The position numbers were made by a program, and so were the translations under genes. The notes beneath the pieces were generated by a model. It worked only from the letters and a program-made list of their open reading frames with translations. It was not told the DNA's origin and searched no databases. DNA of 63,598 nucleotides, counting the filler, from Octopus bimaculoides (lineage: Eukaryota): assembly GCF_001194135.2 (NCBI RefSeq). It is 6 parts of 6 records of this genome, joined end to end, with 100 filler letters (N's around TTAATTAATTAA, not from the genome) between each part and the next. Parts side by side here need not be neighbours in the genome. Positions count along the whole stretch, not along the records: positions 6,742 to 29,888 come from NC_069003.1; positions 29,989 to 39,147 come from NC_068981.1; 4 more parts are not named here. The stretch is one strand, 5' to 3'. Positions 23,746-37,086 of this stretch are shown piece after piece. Numbering within the stretch: the stretch's first letter is position 1; each line of letters starts with the position of its first letter.

Positions 23746-24422
23746 TCTTTTTTTTTTTTTTTTTTTTNNNNNNNNNNNNNNNNNNNNNNNNNNNNNNNNN
23801 NNNNNNNNNNNNNNNNNNNNNNNNNNNNNNNNNNNNNNNNNNNNNNNNNNNNNNNNNNNNNNNNNNNNNNNNNNNNNNNNNNNNNNNNNNNNNNNNNNNN
23901 NNNNNNNNNNNNNNNNNNNNNNNNNNNNNNNNNNNNNNNNNNNNNNNNNNNNNNNNNNNNNNNNNNNNNNNNNNNNNNNNNNNNNNNNNNNNNNNNNNNN
24001 NNNNNNNNNNNNNNNNNNNNNNNNNNNNNNNNNNNNNNNNNNNNNNNNNNNNNNNNNNNNNNNNNNNNNNNNNNNNNNNNNNNNNNNNNNNNNNNNNNNN
24101 NNNNNNNNNNNNNNNNNNNNNNNNNNNNNNNNNNNNNNNNNNNNNNNNNNNNNNNNNNNNNNNNNNNNNNNNNNNNNNNNNNNNNNNNNNNNNNNNNNNN
24201 NNNNNNNNNNNNNNNNNNNNNNNNNNNNNNNNNNNNNNNNNNNNNNNNNNNNNNNNNNNNNNNNNNNNNNNNNNNNNNNNNNNNAATTTATTGGACAGAA
24301 GTTTCGTACAGAATTCTCTACAACGAAACTGTTGGGACAATATTTGACACCGCCTTGTATGTTTTGTTTTATGTATGTATTCTCGTGCATATAGCTACAT
24401 TTCTAGACATGTTCGTATATGT

Positions 24423-24900
24423 TTAAATGATAAATTTCTGGAAAGTTTTACAGATTTTTACAGTTCTAGTGATGGATTGGATCTGTAGTCTTCGAATTAG
24501 CTTTCTCCTTTCTGGCTTTGGGAAGCCTAATTTCTCAAGATTGGTATTTAGGCAGTGTGTTACATATCCCAGGGCCCCAATAATTACAGGTATAAATCTG
24601 AACTTGTAATCTGGATAGAGTAACTGCAGATTTCTCAATACTTCAGCATAGGTGTTCTCTTTTCCACTGAACTTCAGCTTTATGTTAACATCCGCTGGGC
24701 ACCTAATTTCCACAACTGTACGCTGTTTCTCTCCTCTATCCCAAATCATTATATCAGGTCTGTTGTGCTTACATTTTATTGAGGCCTTCACTGATACACT
24801 CCACCAGTATTCTTTTATTTATTATGAGTGGCTATGGCTTCTACCATATTGTGAATTCCTATTTCTTTGTCCTCGGGATTATCTTTCCGACGGATTTCAT
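24423..24900 (-). mobile_element. R4/Dong-clade LINE, C-terminal RLE domain
   Basis: HNRPDIMIWD...EIRCPADVNIKLK...KENTY...IPVIIGALG shows the PD..D, E.K and P++IGALG motifs. Open for 122 aa. Confidence 0.88.
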
Positions 24901-24932
<32 letters not shown>

Positions 24933-25241
24933 TGTATGTATGTATGTAGATAGATAGACAGATAGATACATACATACATACACACATACATACATACATA
25001 AATGTGTGTATGTATGCATATATACATATATATATATATACACACACACCCGCGCGCGTGATTTTAATTGCATAGGCTGGCTAAATATATATCTTGGTCA
25101 ATCAATATGTGTCGCCAACGACTGTAACTGTACTGGAATATAAATGAATATAAGTAGTACTTGTTCATCGTACTTGTCATAAGCGACCTCCTTCTCTCTT
25201 CCACTTCCTCTTCTTATTTCTCTTTCTCTCTTTTTCTCCCG

Positions 25242-25300
<59 letters not shown>

Positions 25301-25789
25301 ACATTCTCTTATTCTCTCCCCTCTATTTATCTGTAAAACAGATAAATAAATGATGAACCCATAATGGCTAAATGTATATTTATTAAACGTTCTCATTTAA
25401 ATTCATTCATAACAGTGTTCCAGAAAACGATTTTCTTTCTCCGGTTGAATACGCCCTGATGAACCAAAATTTGCAACCAGATGGCAGGGTTAACTGTGCC
25501 ATATGGTTGAGCATTAGCCTATAATTGTTCACGTAAATTGCTTTATGAGGTATTTTACAACATTGCTATATCAATCGACAATAATGAATCGGTTATTGGC
25601 AGAGCCTATCTATCGATAATCAGAAAAGCTTTGATATAGGAATTGACTTATTTCTAGGGTCCAATTATCTTAAAGCTATGAAAATACCGCCTGTTATAAT
25701 GTTTCAAGAAAGGCGCAACCATAAAGACAAGAAGACGTAACGAATACAAAATTGACATTCAAACCAAAATATTGGATTCAAATTTTGGC

Positions 25790-26180
25790 ACAAGGCCAGC
25801 TATATGGTGGGAGGGGAGAAGTCGATTGCATCGACCCAGTGTCCAACTGGTACTTATTTCATTGAATCCGAAACGGTAAAACGCAAAGTCGACCATGGTG
25901 GAATTAGAACTTATAACGTAAAGACGAATGAAATGCCACTAAGCGTTCTAACTATTCTACCAGCTCGCCGCTTTATTTCGTACCAAAATATCGGTTTTAG
26001 ATGTTGATACTAGGCAAATATTCTTTTCTTCTCTAGGTACAAGGCTCGAAATTTTTTTTTGGGGGGGGGGGGGGTCCAGTCGATTAGATCGATCCCAGTA
26101 CACAACTGGTATTTAATTTATCGCCTCCGAAAGGATGAAAGGCAAAGTCAACCTGGGCGGAATTTGAACTTAGAACTATT
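25790..26180 (-). mobile_element. Two adjacent SINE family B copies (about 25790-25970 and 26035-26180)
   Basis: Family B body and tail motifs. Confidence 0.8.
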
Positions 26181-26944
26181 CTGCCAGCTTCATAACAATA
26201 ATACAGCATAGACCTCCTCAGGTATCGAAGTTGTAATAAACAAACGTTTCCATGTGTTTCAGCGCAATAAATATTTGCTTTTATGTCTAAGAGTACCTTT
26301 TTCACTCTTCATTGTTTTCGAGTTTTGCATTCTTTATACTTTTAGCTATTAAGAAACAATGAAGAGACATTAGCTGCTTCATTTATGCAAACCAATTTCT
26401 TTCTTTCTTTTTTAATTGTTCTTACCATTCTCTTTAACGATTCTTCGGTTAAGTTCTCTATTATACATTCTTCCGGCCGTATTCACAAATTTGCCACATA
26501 CAAAATTTCTATAATTAACTAAAAAGAAAATTATAATTTTATACTTTTCATTTTATGATTTGATTTTATTATTTTTTATAAACAATTAGATAAAAGTAAT
26601 GTTTTAATAGAACATAATGATACAATTACATATAGTGTGATAACAATGCTTGTTTTTGTAATGCTAATAATTTTTTTTTTATTCTTACATTGCGTTGCTA
26701 GAGGCTGATCGTGAGTATACAACGAGGTACAGCAATAGCTAACATTTTCATTAACGTACTGAACAAACTTTGAATAATTTGTCTTTTATTTTTTGTTGTT
26801 GTTGTTTTCGTGTGGATTGCGTCTATGAATATTAGTTTCTATATTATATCCCCCAATCAGCCAAAAAGAAAACAAGAACAAAAAAGTACGAAGCTGTTGC
26901 TAACGGTGTTGTCGTTGGAAGTGGGGGGTGAGGTAGCAACAGTG

Positions 26945-27033
26945 TCGCAGGGGCGCAGTGGCGGCAGCGGAGCTAGAGGCGGCAGCGGCGCTAGCGGTGG
27001 AAGAGTCGCTAGCGGCAGGTGGGGCAGCAGCGG
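26945..27033. repeat. GC-rich degenerate minisatellite running into a gap
   Basis: Repeats of ggcggcagcgg-n-gctag. Confidence 0.6.
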
Positions 27034-27919
27034 NNNNNNNNNNNNNNNNNNNNNNNNNNNNNNNNNNNNNNNNNNNNNNNNNNNNNNNNNNNNNNNNNNN
27101 NNNNNNNNNNNNNNNNNNNNNNNNNNNNNNNNNNNNNNNNNNNNNNNNNNNNNNNNNNNNNNNNNNNNNNNNNNNNNNNNNNNNNNNNNNNNNNNNNNNN
27201 NNNNNNNNNNNNNNNNNNNNNNNNNNNNNNNNNNNNNNNNNNNNNNNATTTACTATTATCTTATTTTATTACAGTCGTGTACTTTACACATTAAATAGAT
27301 AGCTTATTGGTCAATATAAAATGGTTAACACAGGCTAATTAACGGAATGTCGTTGTTGAACACTCCGTCAGAAAGAGCAACGAAGTCGCTCTTAAGTAAT
27401 TTTATCCTAGAAGATATGACGTATCTTAAAAACAAAACCGACGGTATGATGATAGATGGAATGCGTTTTGTTCCTATATCTGCTCAGTGAAGTATGACTT
27501 CTGGCTAAACATCATCATGAACAACAACAGCAACAATAAACGGTGGATATCAATCAAGAAGCAGATTCTGTATGGGGGGTAGGGTCGACTCATTAGAAAT
27601 ATAAGCCAAATCGGTCTTTAAAACATACTTTGTTCTCTTAAAATATGAAGGCTACATTGAATAACGTAGTCCTAGGTACACAATGCCTTTCGTTTAGTAT
27701 TTCCTTGATCAAGGGTTTGTTAATAAGTCTCTCAACCTTGTTCAAAGAGTTACTAACTACAGCGAAATGGCTCTCATATTACACCCTACACGAAGGTCTG
27801 GAAGGGTATGCAAAAGTCATAGGCTCCACCTTGCCCTTCTCAGCAACACATTAATCCCCTATTAAGTGGATTAATGTATTGGTCTAAAGGGGTCTGAAAA
27901 TTAAAAAAATAAATAAATA

Positions 27920-28080
27920 AACATGTAACTGAGCGGTTCGGTAAAAAGACCGATAGAATAAGTACTAGGCTTACAAAGAATAAGTCCTGGGGTTGATTTG
28001 CTCGACTAAAGGCGGTGCTCCAGAATGGCCGCAGTCAAATGACTGCAACAAGTAAAAGAGTAAAGAGTAAAGAGTAAGAA
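27920..28080 (+). mobile_element. SINE family A, 3' tail with (gagtaaa)n end
   Basis: Seen directly. Confidence 0.85.
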
Positions 28081-28259
28081 ACTTTCAAGAGAGCTGAACT
28101 GCAGGTCTTCCGAGAAGAAACCCCTTCAGGTATGTGTTTCAACTATTAACTTCTTACACTCTCAGAGGACTGGATTGCATCTGGGTCATGACTCCTGGGT
28201 GCCCTTCTGCTAACAGTTTTTAACCTCTTGGGTATCGGAGACTTGTGTATTTAAACGCC

Positions 28260-28612
28260 TGGAGATTTCATCCAGTTGGAAAGACCCTATTCAGTCATGA
28301 ATGACCATGGGGTTGCACCTAGAAAGCTACCCTCCGAGGCACAAATTCGGGAAAGGTTGTTTATACTGGTATGTATGGGCGACCAGCAGTCGCCCATACA
28401 TGCCAGTCTCCTCTCTCCACACCACCGATGTTGTCCTAGGAAAAGGCAAACGCCGATACAACCAGTGACCTCGCAACTCATTTCTACAGATGAGTGAATT
28501 GAAGCAACGTGAAATGCTCAAAAATACCACATACAGCCCAGTCCGGGAATCGAACTCGCTAATTCATGATTGCAAGCCCGACGCTCTAACCACTGTGCCA
28601 TGCGCCTTCATC
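28260..28612 (-). mobile_element. tRNA-derived SINE, family C
   Basis: The minus-strand head has an A box (tggcacagtgg) and a B box (gagttcgattccc), followed by a central domain 'ttcacgttgcttcaattcactcatctgtagaaatgag'. Confidence 0.8.
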
Positions 28613-28624
28613 TACTTGCAACTC

Positions 28625-28800
28625 CCTAATAATCCTTCTAGTATAGGCACAAAGGTCTGAAATGTAGGGGGGAGGGGGACTAGTCGACTTCATCGACCCC
28701 CAGTGTTTCACTGGTACTTAATTTATCGACTCCGAAAGGATGAAAGGTAAAGTCGACCTCAGCGGAATTTGAACTCAGAACGTAGCAGGAGACGCAACGC
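28625..28800 (-). mobile_element. SINE family B
   Basis: Family B motifs. Confidence 0.85.
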
Positions 28801-29888
28801 CTTAATAATGACTGGACGATAATTGATTGTTTGCCTTTAATCACTGATTAAAAGATTCTGGACAGACCCTGACTTCAAGTNNNNNNNNNNNNNNNNNNNN
28901 NNNNNNNNNNNNNNNNNNNNNNNNNNNNNNNNNNNNNNNNNNNNNNNNNNNNNNNNNNNNNNNNNNNNNNNNNNNNNNNNNNNNNNNNNNNNNNNNNNNN
29001 NNNNNNNNNNNNNNNNNNNNNNNNNNNNNNNNNNNNNNNNNNNNNNNNNNNNNNNNNNNNNNNNNNNNNNNNNNNNNNNNNNNNNNNNNNNNNNNNNNNN
29101 NNNNNNNNNNNNNNNNNNNNNNNNNNNNNNNNNNNNNNNNNNNNNNNNNNNNNNNNNNNNNNNNNNNNNNNNNNNNNNNNNNNNNNNNNNNNNNNNNNNN
29201 NNNNNNNNNNNNNNNNNNNNNNNNNNNNNNNNNNNNNNNNNNNNNNNNNNNNNNNNNNNNNNNNNNNNNNNNNNNNNNNNNNNNNNNNNNNNNNNNNNNN
29301 NNNNNNNNNNNNNNNNNNNNNNNNNNNNNNNNNNNNNNNNNNNNNNNNNNNNNNNNNNNNNNNNNNNNNNNNNNNNNNNNNNNNNNNNNNNNNNNNNNNN
29401 NNNNNNNNNNNNNNNNNNNNNNNNTTTTTTCGTTAAGAAATGTTAAGAATAAAGTAACTGCTATTAAAAACCAGAATTGGTGCTCCATCTCAACAAAAAT
29501 CTGTTGATAAAGTTCACAGATTCGGATATGTTCGTGTGTCGTGGGGAGACTGACATTTCAATCAGAGCTCTTCTTCGTAAACAAAGTTTCTCGTTTTTCT
29601 CTTGTTGTTGTTGTTGTTTTGAAGTGCAGGCGCAGTTAAGAATTCATATTCACTTGGAAGCTATATAATTTTGGGTTCATTTCCACTGCGCGACAAACAT
29701 TACTTGCCAGTATACATTACTTGCGTTCATCACTTACAGAGATTTTTGTTGCAAGACCAGCGACTGAATGTCGCTTGAATTTATGTAAGTATATATATAT
29801 ATCAGTCAAGTTATATATATATAAGATCCAAGGATCGAGGGGTAGGAAGAACTATATATATATATGCATATATATATATATATATATA

Positions 29889-29988
29889 NNNNNNNNNNNN
29901 NNNNNNNNNNNNNNNNNNNNNNNNNNNNNNNNTTAATTAATTAANNNNNNNNNNNNNNNNNNNNNNNNNNNNNNNNNNNNNNNNNNNN
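29889..29988. other. Assembly spacer: 44 N + TTAATTAATTAA + 44 N
   Basis: 12-mer at 29933-29944. Confidence 0.95.
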
Positions 29989-30084
<96 letters not shown>

Positions 30085-30095
30085 CATTATTATTA
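29989..30095. repeat. (ATT/TAA)n microsatellite
   Basis: Seen directly; abuts the 3' end of an R4/Dong element. Confidence 0.95.
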
Positions 30096-30760
30096 TTTTC
30101 GCTTTATCGCAGGTTTTATTGGAGCTCCTGGAGTCTTGCAAGCGTAAAGGGCTTACTACCTGGAGCCTACGGTAACATGTTATTCGTTCTTTTTAAGTAG
30201 CTAATGCTTTTCTGAATATCCAGGCCGTGCCAAAGAGGCAAACCGTTTTGTAGTAGTTTTACTGGGCACTCTATTCCAATTTCCTATATATTCCTCTTGA
30301 TGTCTTTTGATATTGTTCACAAGGACCCGACAATAATTGGCACTATCTTCACCTTCAGCATTTTCCATAGCTGGGATATTTCATACTGTACTTAAGAGGG
30401 TTGTATCTATCCAACTTTTCGTCCTCTTTCATGACTATTCGTGAGTCAAAGGGGCATGCAACGTCAAATAATATAGCCTATGTGGTGCACCTTGTCCACC
30501 ACCACTAGGTCCTGAGCTGTTTGGATTGGGAAATCCCTGACGATTTTACTAGTCTCCGACTTTGCTGCTCTGTGCGATTTGTGCTCATACCAAGTCTTGC
30601 TTCTCTCTAGCCTCTAGTTAGTTTTCGCACAGTTTCCAATGTAGCACTTTCGCTACCTGGTCGTGTCGCCATAACTTGTAGTGGTTTTGGGCAAGTCTAG
30701 AGCATTCGTTCATGATATGACCAGCCACTCTTTTGCGGATGCGGCACAGTGGAGACACTT
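30096..30760 (-). mobile_element. R4/Dong-clade LINE 3' end (zinc-knuckle/RLE region and 3' UTR)
   Basis: YEISQLWKMLKVKIVPIIVG...CLFGTAWIFRKAL resembles the R4 C-terminus; the 3' UTR ends directly in (TAA)n. Confidence 0.8.
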
Positions 30761-30826
30761 GCTTATTCCTCAGTAGTAGTAGTAGCAGCAGTAGCAGCAG
30801 AAGCAGCAGTAGTAGTAGTAGTAGTA

Positions 30827-30894
<68 letters not shown>

Positions 30895-30949
30895 TTTTCA
30901 TCTCTTATGTCGATTGTGGAGAGACTACTAACTGTAGTAATTTAGATTT

Positions 30950-31330
30950 TTCTCTAGATCTTTCTTCGAAGAGTTCTTGATATTAGTTCGCAGTAAATGC
31001 ATTTCTTTGCTCTAGGTTTCGTAAATATCTCTCTCCAACTTTAGATACCGCACAATATTAATACTATCCTTTTCCTCTTTACATAATCTTTTATCCCCAG
31101 GTGACATTACAGCAATTATCTAACAAATTCTTTTGTCTTTTTCGGTAATAATAACATCAGGGATTCTCTTACATCACAAGATTGGATGATAAACTTCCGA
31201 AGTGGCTTCTCTACAACAATGGCTCACACGCTGGCGATCATATCCATTCTGTCTTCTGCTTATGTTTCTCGCACATCTAACGGTATAAAAAACCCTGGAA
31301 GTGTTTACATGATTCTTTGAGTTCCTTTTC
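30950..31330 (-). mobile_element. RTE LINE C-terminal remnant
   Basis: Degraded match to the RW.GHV.R / G.R.RG.P region. Confidence 0.4.
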
Positions 31331-31899
31331 TGTTAGTGTACTTCACTCAAAACGCGACTGATTGTTTCTTTTTTCATTCCACCTAGTCAATGTCCTTATG
31401 ACTACGTATTTATTGAGGTTATATTTCATATAATTAGTTAATTACTGTTGCGCTGTACATATTATAGGCTTCATTCCTGACCTTAAGGTATGATCTTCGC
31501 AGCATTACATTGATGCTTGCTTATCTATTCTACTTTCTATCTGTCTCATAAATTGGCCATATATCAATTTATCCAACCGCCTTTTCCCTTTAGCTTATCG
31601 TTCTTTATTCATAATCATTCCTTTGATTCAACTTTCAAACCTTATTCAACTTTCATAGCTTTGATCTAACAATCGTCTCTACGTAACCACCATTTCAAAA
31701 AAAAAAGTTTAATACGGAGTTTTGCATCAGTTCAAAAACACCATTCACCTTTGGTTTTGGGAAGAAAATTTTATCCATATCACTTTTTGGAAGAAATGAA
31801 CGCTCCTAGTTCGTGTTTTTGCACTCGTTTTCCTGATCTTTCTTTTGCTTCTGTTATCTTATTTATAGCTAAATCTTGTTTTTTTTTTACCCTTTCAGT

Positions 31900-32600
31900 T
31901 TGCTTTCAAAAAAAAAAAAAACTTCAACTCTCTAAAGTATTCTTTTACAAATGCCCTGATTTCAATATGCCCCAAAATTTGTATCCACTTATCACTTAGT
32001 CTTTTATTACCTGTTCATTTTGTAACAACATTCCATCTAATGACACCATACTTTTTGATCAGGAAATCCGACCCCATAGCTTTGCTCAATATAGGAACAG
32101 TGTGAAGTAATAAATCTCATTGGTTTTTTCTCTTTTCATTGAGTTTACGATCTTTTGGATACACTTTTTAAATTATGCGCAATATTAGTTTTTCGTAAAA
32201 TCGGAGTTATAGGTATGCGCAAGTATAAGAAACAACAGTGGTGATGGAGAATATTCTTGGCATCAACCCCACTAATAATTATCCCGTGATGTAAATTCGA
32301 ACTTCTAGTTTTTTATGCCACACTGAAAGAAGCCACTGGCACCATCTGCACTTTAAAAAACCTCATGATTTTATTATCCATGTGTTGGTATCCAAATCAG
32401 ATACGCTTGTGTAACCTATCCGTGACACTACCAAGCTTGTATATCTTCACTTCACGGCATCACGGTATCAATCAGAGAATCAAATGTTGTTGTACACCAC
32501 TGGTCACAATGCGTTTAGCAGTGTCTTAGCTTTTGAATGAAGTCATCCCGCTGGCTAGACAGTCAGGTTGTATCATCGCTTACAAGCTAACAATATCATA
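31900..32600 (-). mobile_element. Possible MULE/MuDR transposase remnant
   Basis: HHCCFLYL...ILRK...L....KD is weakly like the MULE C.FH+.Q.++RK...GL...Y..D motif. Confidence 0.3.
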
Positions 32601-32689
32601 GTCTACTAGAAACTAATCTGTAACTGTTTCCCCTTTTCCAACATAGATGAAGTAATAAAGATAAGGAATAAGTCATATTATCTACAATA

Positions 32690-32935
32690 TTTCCAGTCAA
32701 ACGTTTCCGCATCGAGGAAAAGCATGATATTACGGCCACTATTGCAGGCAGTATGTTACTTTAAAAGGTCCGTTAACACCAGAGTAGTTTTACCCTCTGT
32801 CATCCATGAGATCAGCTTACTCTCACTGGAGATTATTTGAATCAGTTCACAAATATTCTTTTACGTTTTAATTTGAATTCCACGAACCTTTAGCTTAGGG
32901 TGCCATCAGGGATCGGGTCTTTCCAATAAGAAATT
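32690..32935 (-). mobile_element. pogo (DDE_1) transposase remnant
   Basis: LIGK..P, WMT and ++FLD motifs in degraded form. Confidence 0.5.
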
Positions 32936-32989
32936 TACGTAATTGTCATGCCTTATTTCTCATCATTATAGATATACATTTTCCTATTT

Positions 32990-33900
32990 AGTGATTTTAT
33001 TTTTATTATCTATCTCTGTCATTCATCATTCAGCTTCAAAATTATGGATTTCTTCACTAAATTTCTTTCTAAAGCTAATTAGATTTTTCTTCTGCGTATT
33101 TGGTAGTCCCTGTTCTTGACTTTCATTTCTAGTCATCTTATTGTGTCCCCATTTCTGATCCATACTGTATATACTATTTCTATATTTTGATCTTTCATTT
33201 TTGACCGAAACTCTCTATTTCAACTTCTTTAATACAATAGTTATAACTTACAATTTTATATTCTGCTTCCTTTCCAAATCAGCATTCCCTTCGGATTCAG
33301 TTAACCTTTTCCTCTCTTTCCAATAAATTTACATCAGATCTCTATATTTTTATAAACCCCTATATTATCCTTTACAAGCATTGTCTTTGCTTTCCCGTCC
33401 TGCCTAAGGTGTATTTCAATCCTAATTTAATCGTCACATATGTATTACCTGCTTTTGCCAAATTATTAATTTCAGCTATATTTCTAGTAGCTATAGGATG
33501 GGTAATTCCATTTACTATTTTGCTATCTCTTCTAGTTTAGCTATATCACCTATTTTATACGCTTTTCTGCAACCAAAGTCTTTCTTTGCTATAATTTGAA
33601 CAATTTCCCTATACATTTCTCCTTCACCTAATCCTTTACAATCATTACACAATGTGTTTCCTTCTTCTTGCACCTCTATAACAGATTCAGCCAGTTCATT
33701 TCCTTGAAAATTATCTACATGCCAATCCATTCAGCTGGACCTTCTATATCATCTAAGTACACTTGTGCAATTTTCTGCTTAATTGCTTCAAGTTCCAATT
33801 CAGTAAACCTCCCATTTTCCTTATTGCCCTGCTCTGGTCACAAATTCTTTGCAAGCTAATATCGAACTAATCCCCCTCTTATTGTTATTAGTAGAATCGA
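32990..33900 (-). mobile_element. R4/Dong-clade LINE, N-terminal region
   Basis: DQSRAIRK/FTELELEAIK resembles the EQRL.DQ.R.I...L+..EL+.I motif, and IATRNIAEINNLAKAG resembles I.T.+I+ETN.LI.A. Confidence 0.6.
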
Positions 33901-34224
33901 TGGAGTGTTGGCAAAAAGCCTTGTGATATTTGTTCAGGTACTTAACGTTCTTGTTCGAAACCCGCTAAGGTGAACGTCACCTTTCCTATCTCCTGGCCCA
34001 ATAACACTAGGATCGATTACATCGACTAACCTTTCTCCTAAAACATTTCTGGTCTAAATTTGAATAGATCAAACTGCCGTCACCCTAATAACCAATCATA
34101 ATTATCGCATCATCTTTATCACCGTCGTCGTCACGATCATCATCAGAATAGCTGTCAAGAGTTGTGGTCAATTTTACAAACTAGACCCACTCTGTTAAAA
34201 ATTGTTGTCCTCTTATATCAAAAT

Positions 34225-34262
34225 TGAAACTATTATTATCATCATCATCATCATCATCATCA

Positions 34263-34299
<37 letters not shown>

Positions 34300-34492
34300 T
34301 CTTCTTCTTCTTCTTCTTCTTCTTCTTCTTCTTCTTCTTCTTCTTCTNNNNNNNNNNTCTTCTTCTTCTTCTTATTATTATTATTATTATTATTATTATT
34401 GTTCAGTAGTTTTATTTTTATTACGTGCTTTCACTTCACTACCGAGCACAGCTCTGTGCGCCTTGGGTATGTGCTGGGCGCACAGAGCTGCG

Positions 34493-34550
<58 letters not shown>
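34225..34550. repeat. Compound trinucleotide arrays: (ATC)n, (ATT)n, (TTC)n
   Basis: Seen directly. Confidence 0.95.
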
Positions 34551-34551
<1 letters not shown>

Positions 34552-34552
<1 letters not shown>

Positions 34553-34725
34553 GGCAGCTGGCTGGCAGAATCATTGGCACACCGGAAAAAATGCTTAGCG
34601 GCATTTCGTCCGTCTTTATGTACTGAGTTCAAATTCCACCGAGGTCAACTTTGCCTTTCATCCTCTTGGGGTCGATAAATCAAACAGCAGTAAAACACCA
34701 GGGTCGATGTAATTGAATAGTCCAC
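34552..34725 (+). mobile_element. SINE family B
   Basis: A box tggcagaa and B box gagttcaaattcc. Confidence 0.85.
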
Positions 34726-34789
34726 GTTCCCATCTAGTGAGGGTATTCTGTAGAGTTGCAGATAAGGATGGCATAAGTTGTCCACAAAT

Positions 34790-36505
34790 TCGTGATCTGT
34801 ACTGTCGACTTAGATACGTTTCATAGACAGGGACCCGGTTACTGGAAGCAGAATATGTCGTTGCCGGCGAGTAAAGATTTCAGAGACCGGATTAGGGTAC
34901 TAGTTAAGACGGCATTGACGGGAGCAATAATCAACAATAAATGGTGGAACGTCTTAAAAAGGGCGATCAGAATAGAATCGATAAAGTTTAGCAAAGGACT
35001 AGCAGTAGAAAGGAAGAGAGTAGAGGCAGAGTTAGTCAAGAAGTTAGACGAGGCTTTTAGAAAAGGCATCGTGACCGATGTGCTTGCAGCAAGATTGATA
35101 CTCGACCGGTTCTTTAACGCAGAACACGAAGGTTGCGCTGTCAGAGCTAAGTCACGAGCACTTAGGCATGAAGGGACAAAGCCGTCCAATGGGCTCGAAT
35201 GACAGAGGAATGGCGTGACAGTAAATAAACGATCCGATCCTTGCCGGACCACGACGGGCAAATGATAATTGATCCGAGACATACTGAGCGGCGCTTCGCT
35301 GAATAGTTTGGGAGCAGCCGTGAGCCGCGTCGCAGGATGGATTTTCCGTCGTATCGCGGCGGGCGGCCGCGCATCTCGGTGACAGAAGCGGGGCGCTGCG
35401 AAAGGCCGACAACAGTTTTTGAAATATGGGAAGCATGGCTAGTTGCACAAGGGGTAAATCACCTGATTTGGATGGTCTGCCCTACGAGCTTTACGCTTCC
35501 ATGCCAGACTTGTTCGGCGACCGCCTAGCAAAAGTTTACTGTAACTGGCAACACAATGGAAGAATTCCCAGTTTTGTGAACCGAGGAGCGGTTGCGTTTC
35601 TGAGAAAAGACCCGAACAAGGGGGATTGAATTGACAACTTTAGGCCCATAACTCTGCTGATTGTAGAGTTCAAAATTTTGGCCAAGGTGTTAGCTACGAG
35701 GTTGGCACTTGTCGCCGGGTATCTGGTATGGGAGGCACAGACATGTGCCATCCCGAAAAGATCCATCTACGACAACCTTCACCTCTGGGGCTCTGATCAA
35801 TTTAGATCAGTCGACCACCTATACTGAGGATGGTGGTCCTCAAGAAAGCTTTTTTCGGGCCAGTATTCAGAGGCTGCATCACTGCAATGCACAGCGAGAT
35901 CTGTTCAGGGGTCAACGTGAACGGTCACTTCTCGGAGCCGTTCAACATCATGCGTTCAGTCCGGCAAGGTCACCCCTCTCGTCTCTCTTGTGTATACTGA
36001 CTGTCAAGCCACTACTACACATACTAGAGGCGTGGAGAGGCATCCCGCGTGACCTAGGATGTGGCAGATGTGTGTGGGCATATACCGACGACGTCACCCT
36101 AGTGGTGTCGGATAAGAAATATGTAGAAATGATCGGCACCGCTCTCAGGGACTATAAGGCGTTTTCAGCAGCGACTATTAACTAGGAAAAACGAGTGGGC
36201 TTGCGACTCGGCACCTGGAGAAGTAGGTCCATGCCATCCAACTGCGTCGTTGGGCGCTGGACGGACGGGTTAAATTGCTCGGGGTCTGGACCGGTTCAGA
36301 CCTCCAGATGGACAAAACCTGGTACAGGGTTACGAGCAGGGTGACTACTCTCATCCAGAAATGGGCCGAGAGAAAGCTATCCATGAAAGGTCGGACAGAG
36401 GTGGCTAACGCGTATATCGCGTCCGTCATCTACTATCGCTTAACCGTCGTGCCGTGTCCTGGCCACCATCTGATAACGCAGGAGCGTATACTCTTCTGCT
36501 GTTGA
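34790..36505 (+). mobile_element. Tx1/L1-clade LINE ORF2 (linker and RT), 5'- and 3'-truncated, disrupted
   Basis: GPGYWKQN, KSPDLDGLPYE, FRPITLL, AYTDDVT (YxDD) and WAERKLSMKGR. Several frameshifts and stops. Confidence 0.93.
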
Positions 36506-36509
36506 TTTC

Positions 36510-36960
36510 ACGGTGGAACTGACCATGTAATTGCATGCGGAGTAGGGTTTCTTCTCTCTCGTTGGCTGTTCTTGATCCGAATTCATGAGCACTCTCAAGT
36601 TCATTTTTGTTAAATCCTTCTGCATTAGGAGCATACTGTAGCTGGTCATGTTTGCTGTTTACCAAATATTCTGTTTCTTCTCCCACTGTTGATGCAATCC
36701 CGTACGCTAATCAGCTCATGTCCACCTTAACGCCTCTTTATGTAGAACCTGTGTACATTCGCCTTAGGGTGGAGGGCACCATACATTGTCGTTGTCTTTC
36801 GGGTAGTGCGGTCAAGTTAATCTCCGCTTGTATCCATTTCAGGATGGGTGCACTATAGCGGACTACAGCAACCGAACATATATTGATGGCAGTCACGATT
36901 TTCCTTGAGTTAAGTTTTGATTTCAAGATAAGTTTAAGGCGTTTGAAATATGCAGTGATG
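36510..36960 (-). mobile_element. R4/Dong-clade LINE, post-RT fragment (second copy)
   Basis: KSKLNSRKIVTAINICSVAVVRYSA... Confidence 0.8.
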
Positions 36961-37086
36961 ACTTTTATCTTTAGTTATACAATTCTCAGTGTTGATGACG
37001 CCGGTCTTCTTCTTGTGTTTCAACAGTGGCTCCACGGCATTTTTTATATACTACCCTAGGCTGTTTTCCTCTGCTTCAATACAGTC

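Noticed and set aside
25448-25555. CTGATGA followed by a long hairpin, resembling an HHR
   Set aside because: There is no GAAA strand or clear stem III; at most a badly decayed motif.
28530-28612. tRNA-like sequences (also 3290-3375, 4520-4605, 56090-56200)
   Set aside because: These are SINE heads with A/B boxes but no full cloverleaf, and they continue into SINE bodies.
29545-29590. Minus-strand ...CGAAGAAGAG...GAAATGTC motif
   Set aside because: The core has two mismatches, and stems I and II do not form.
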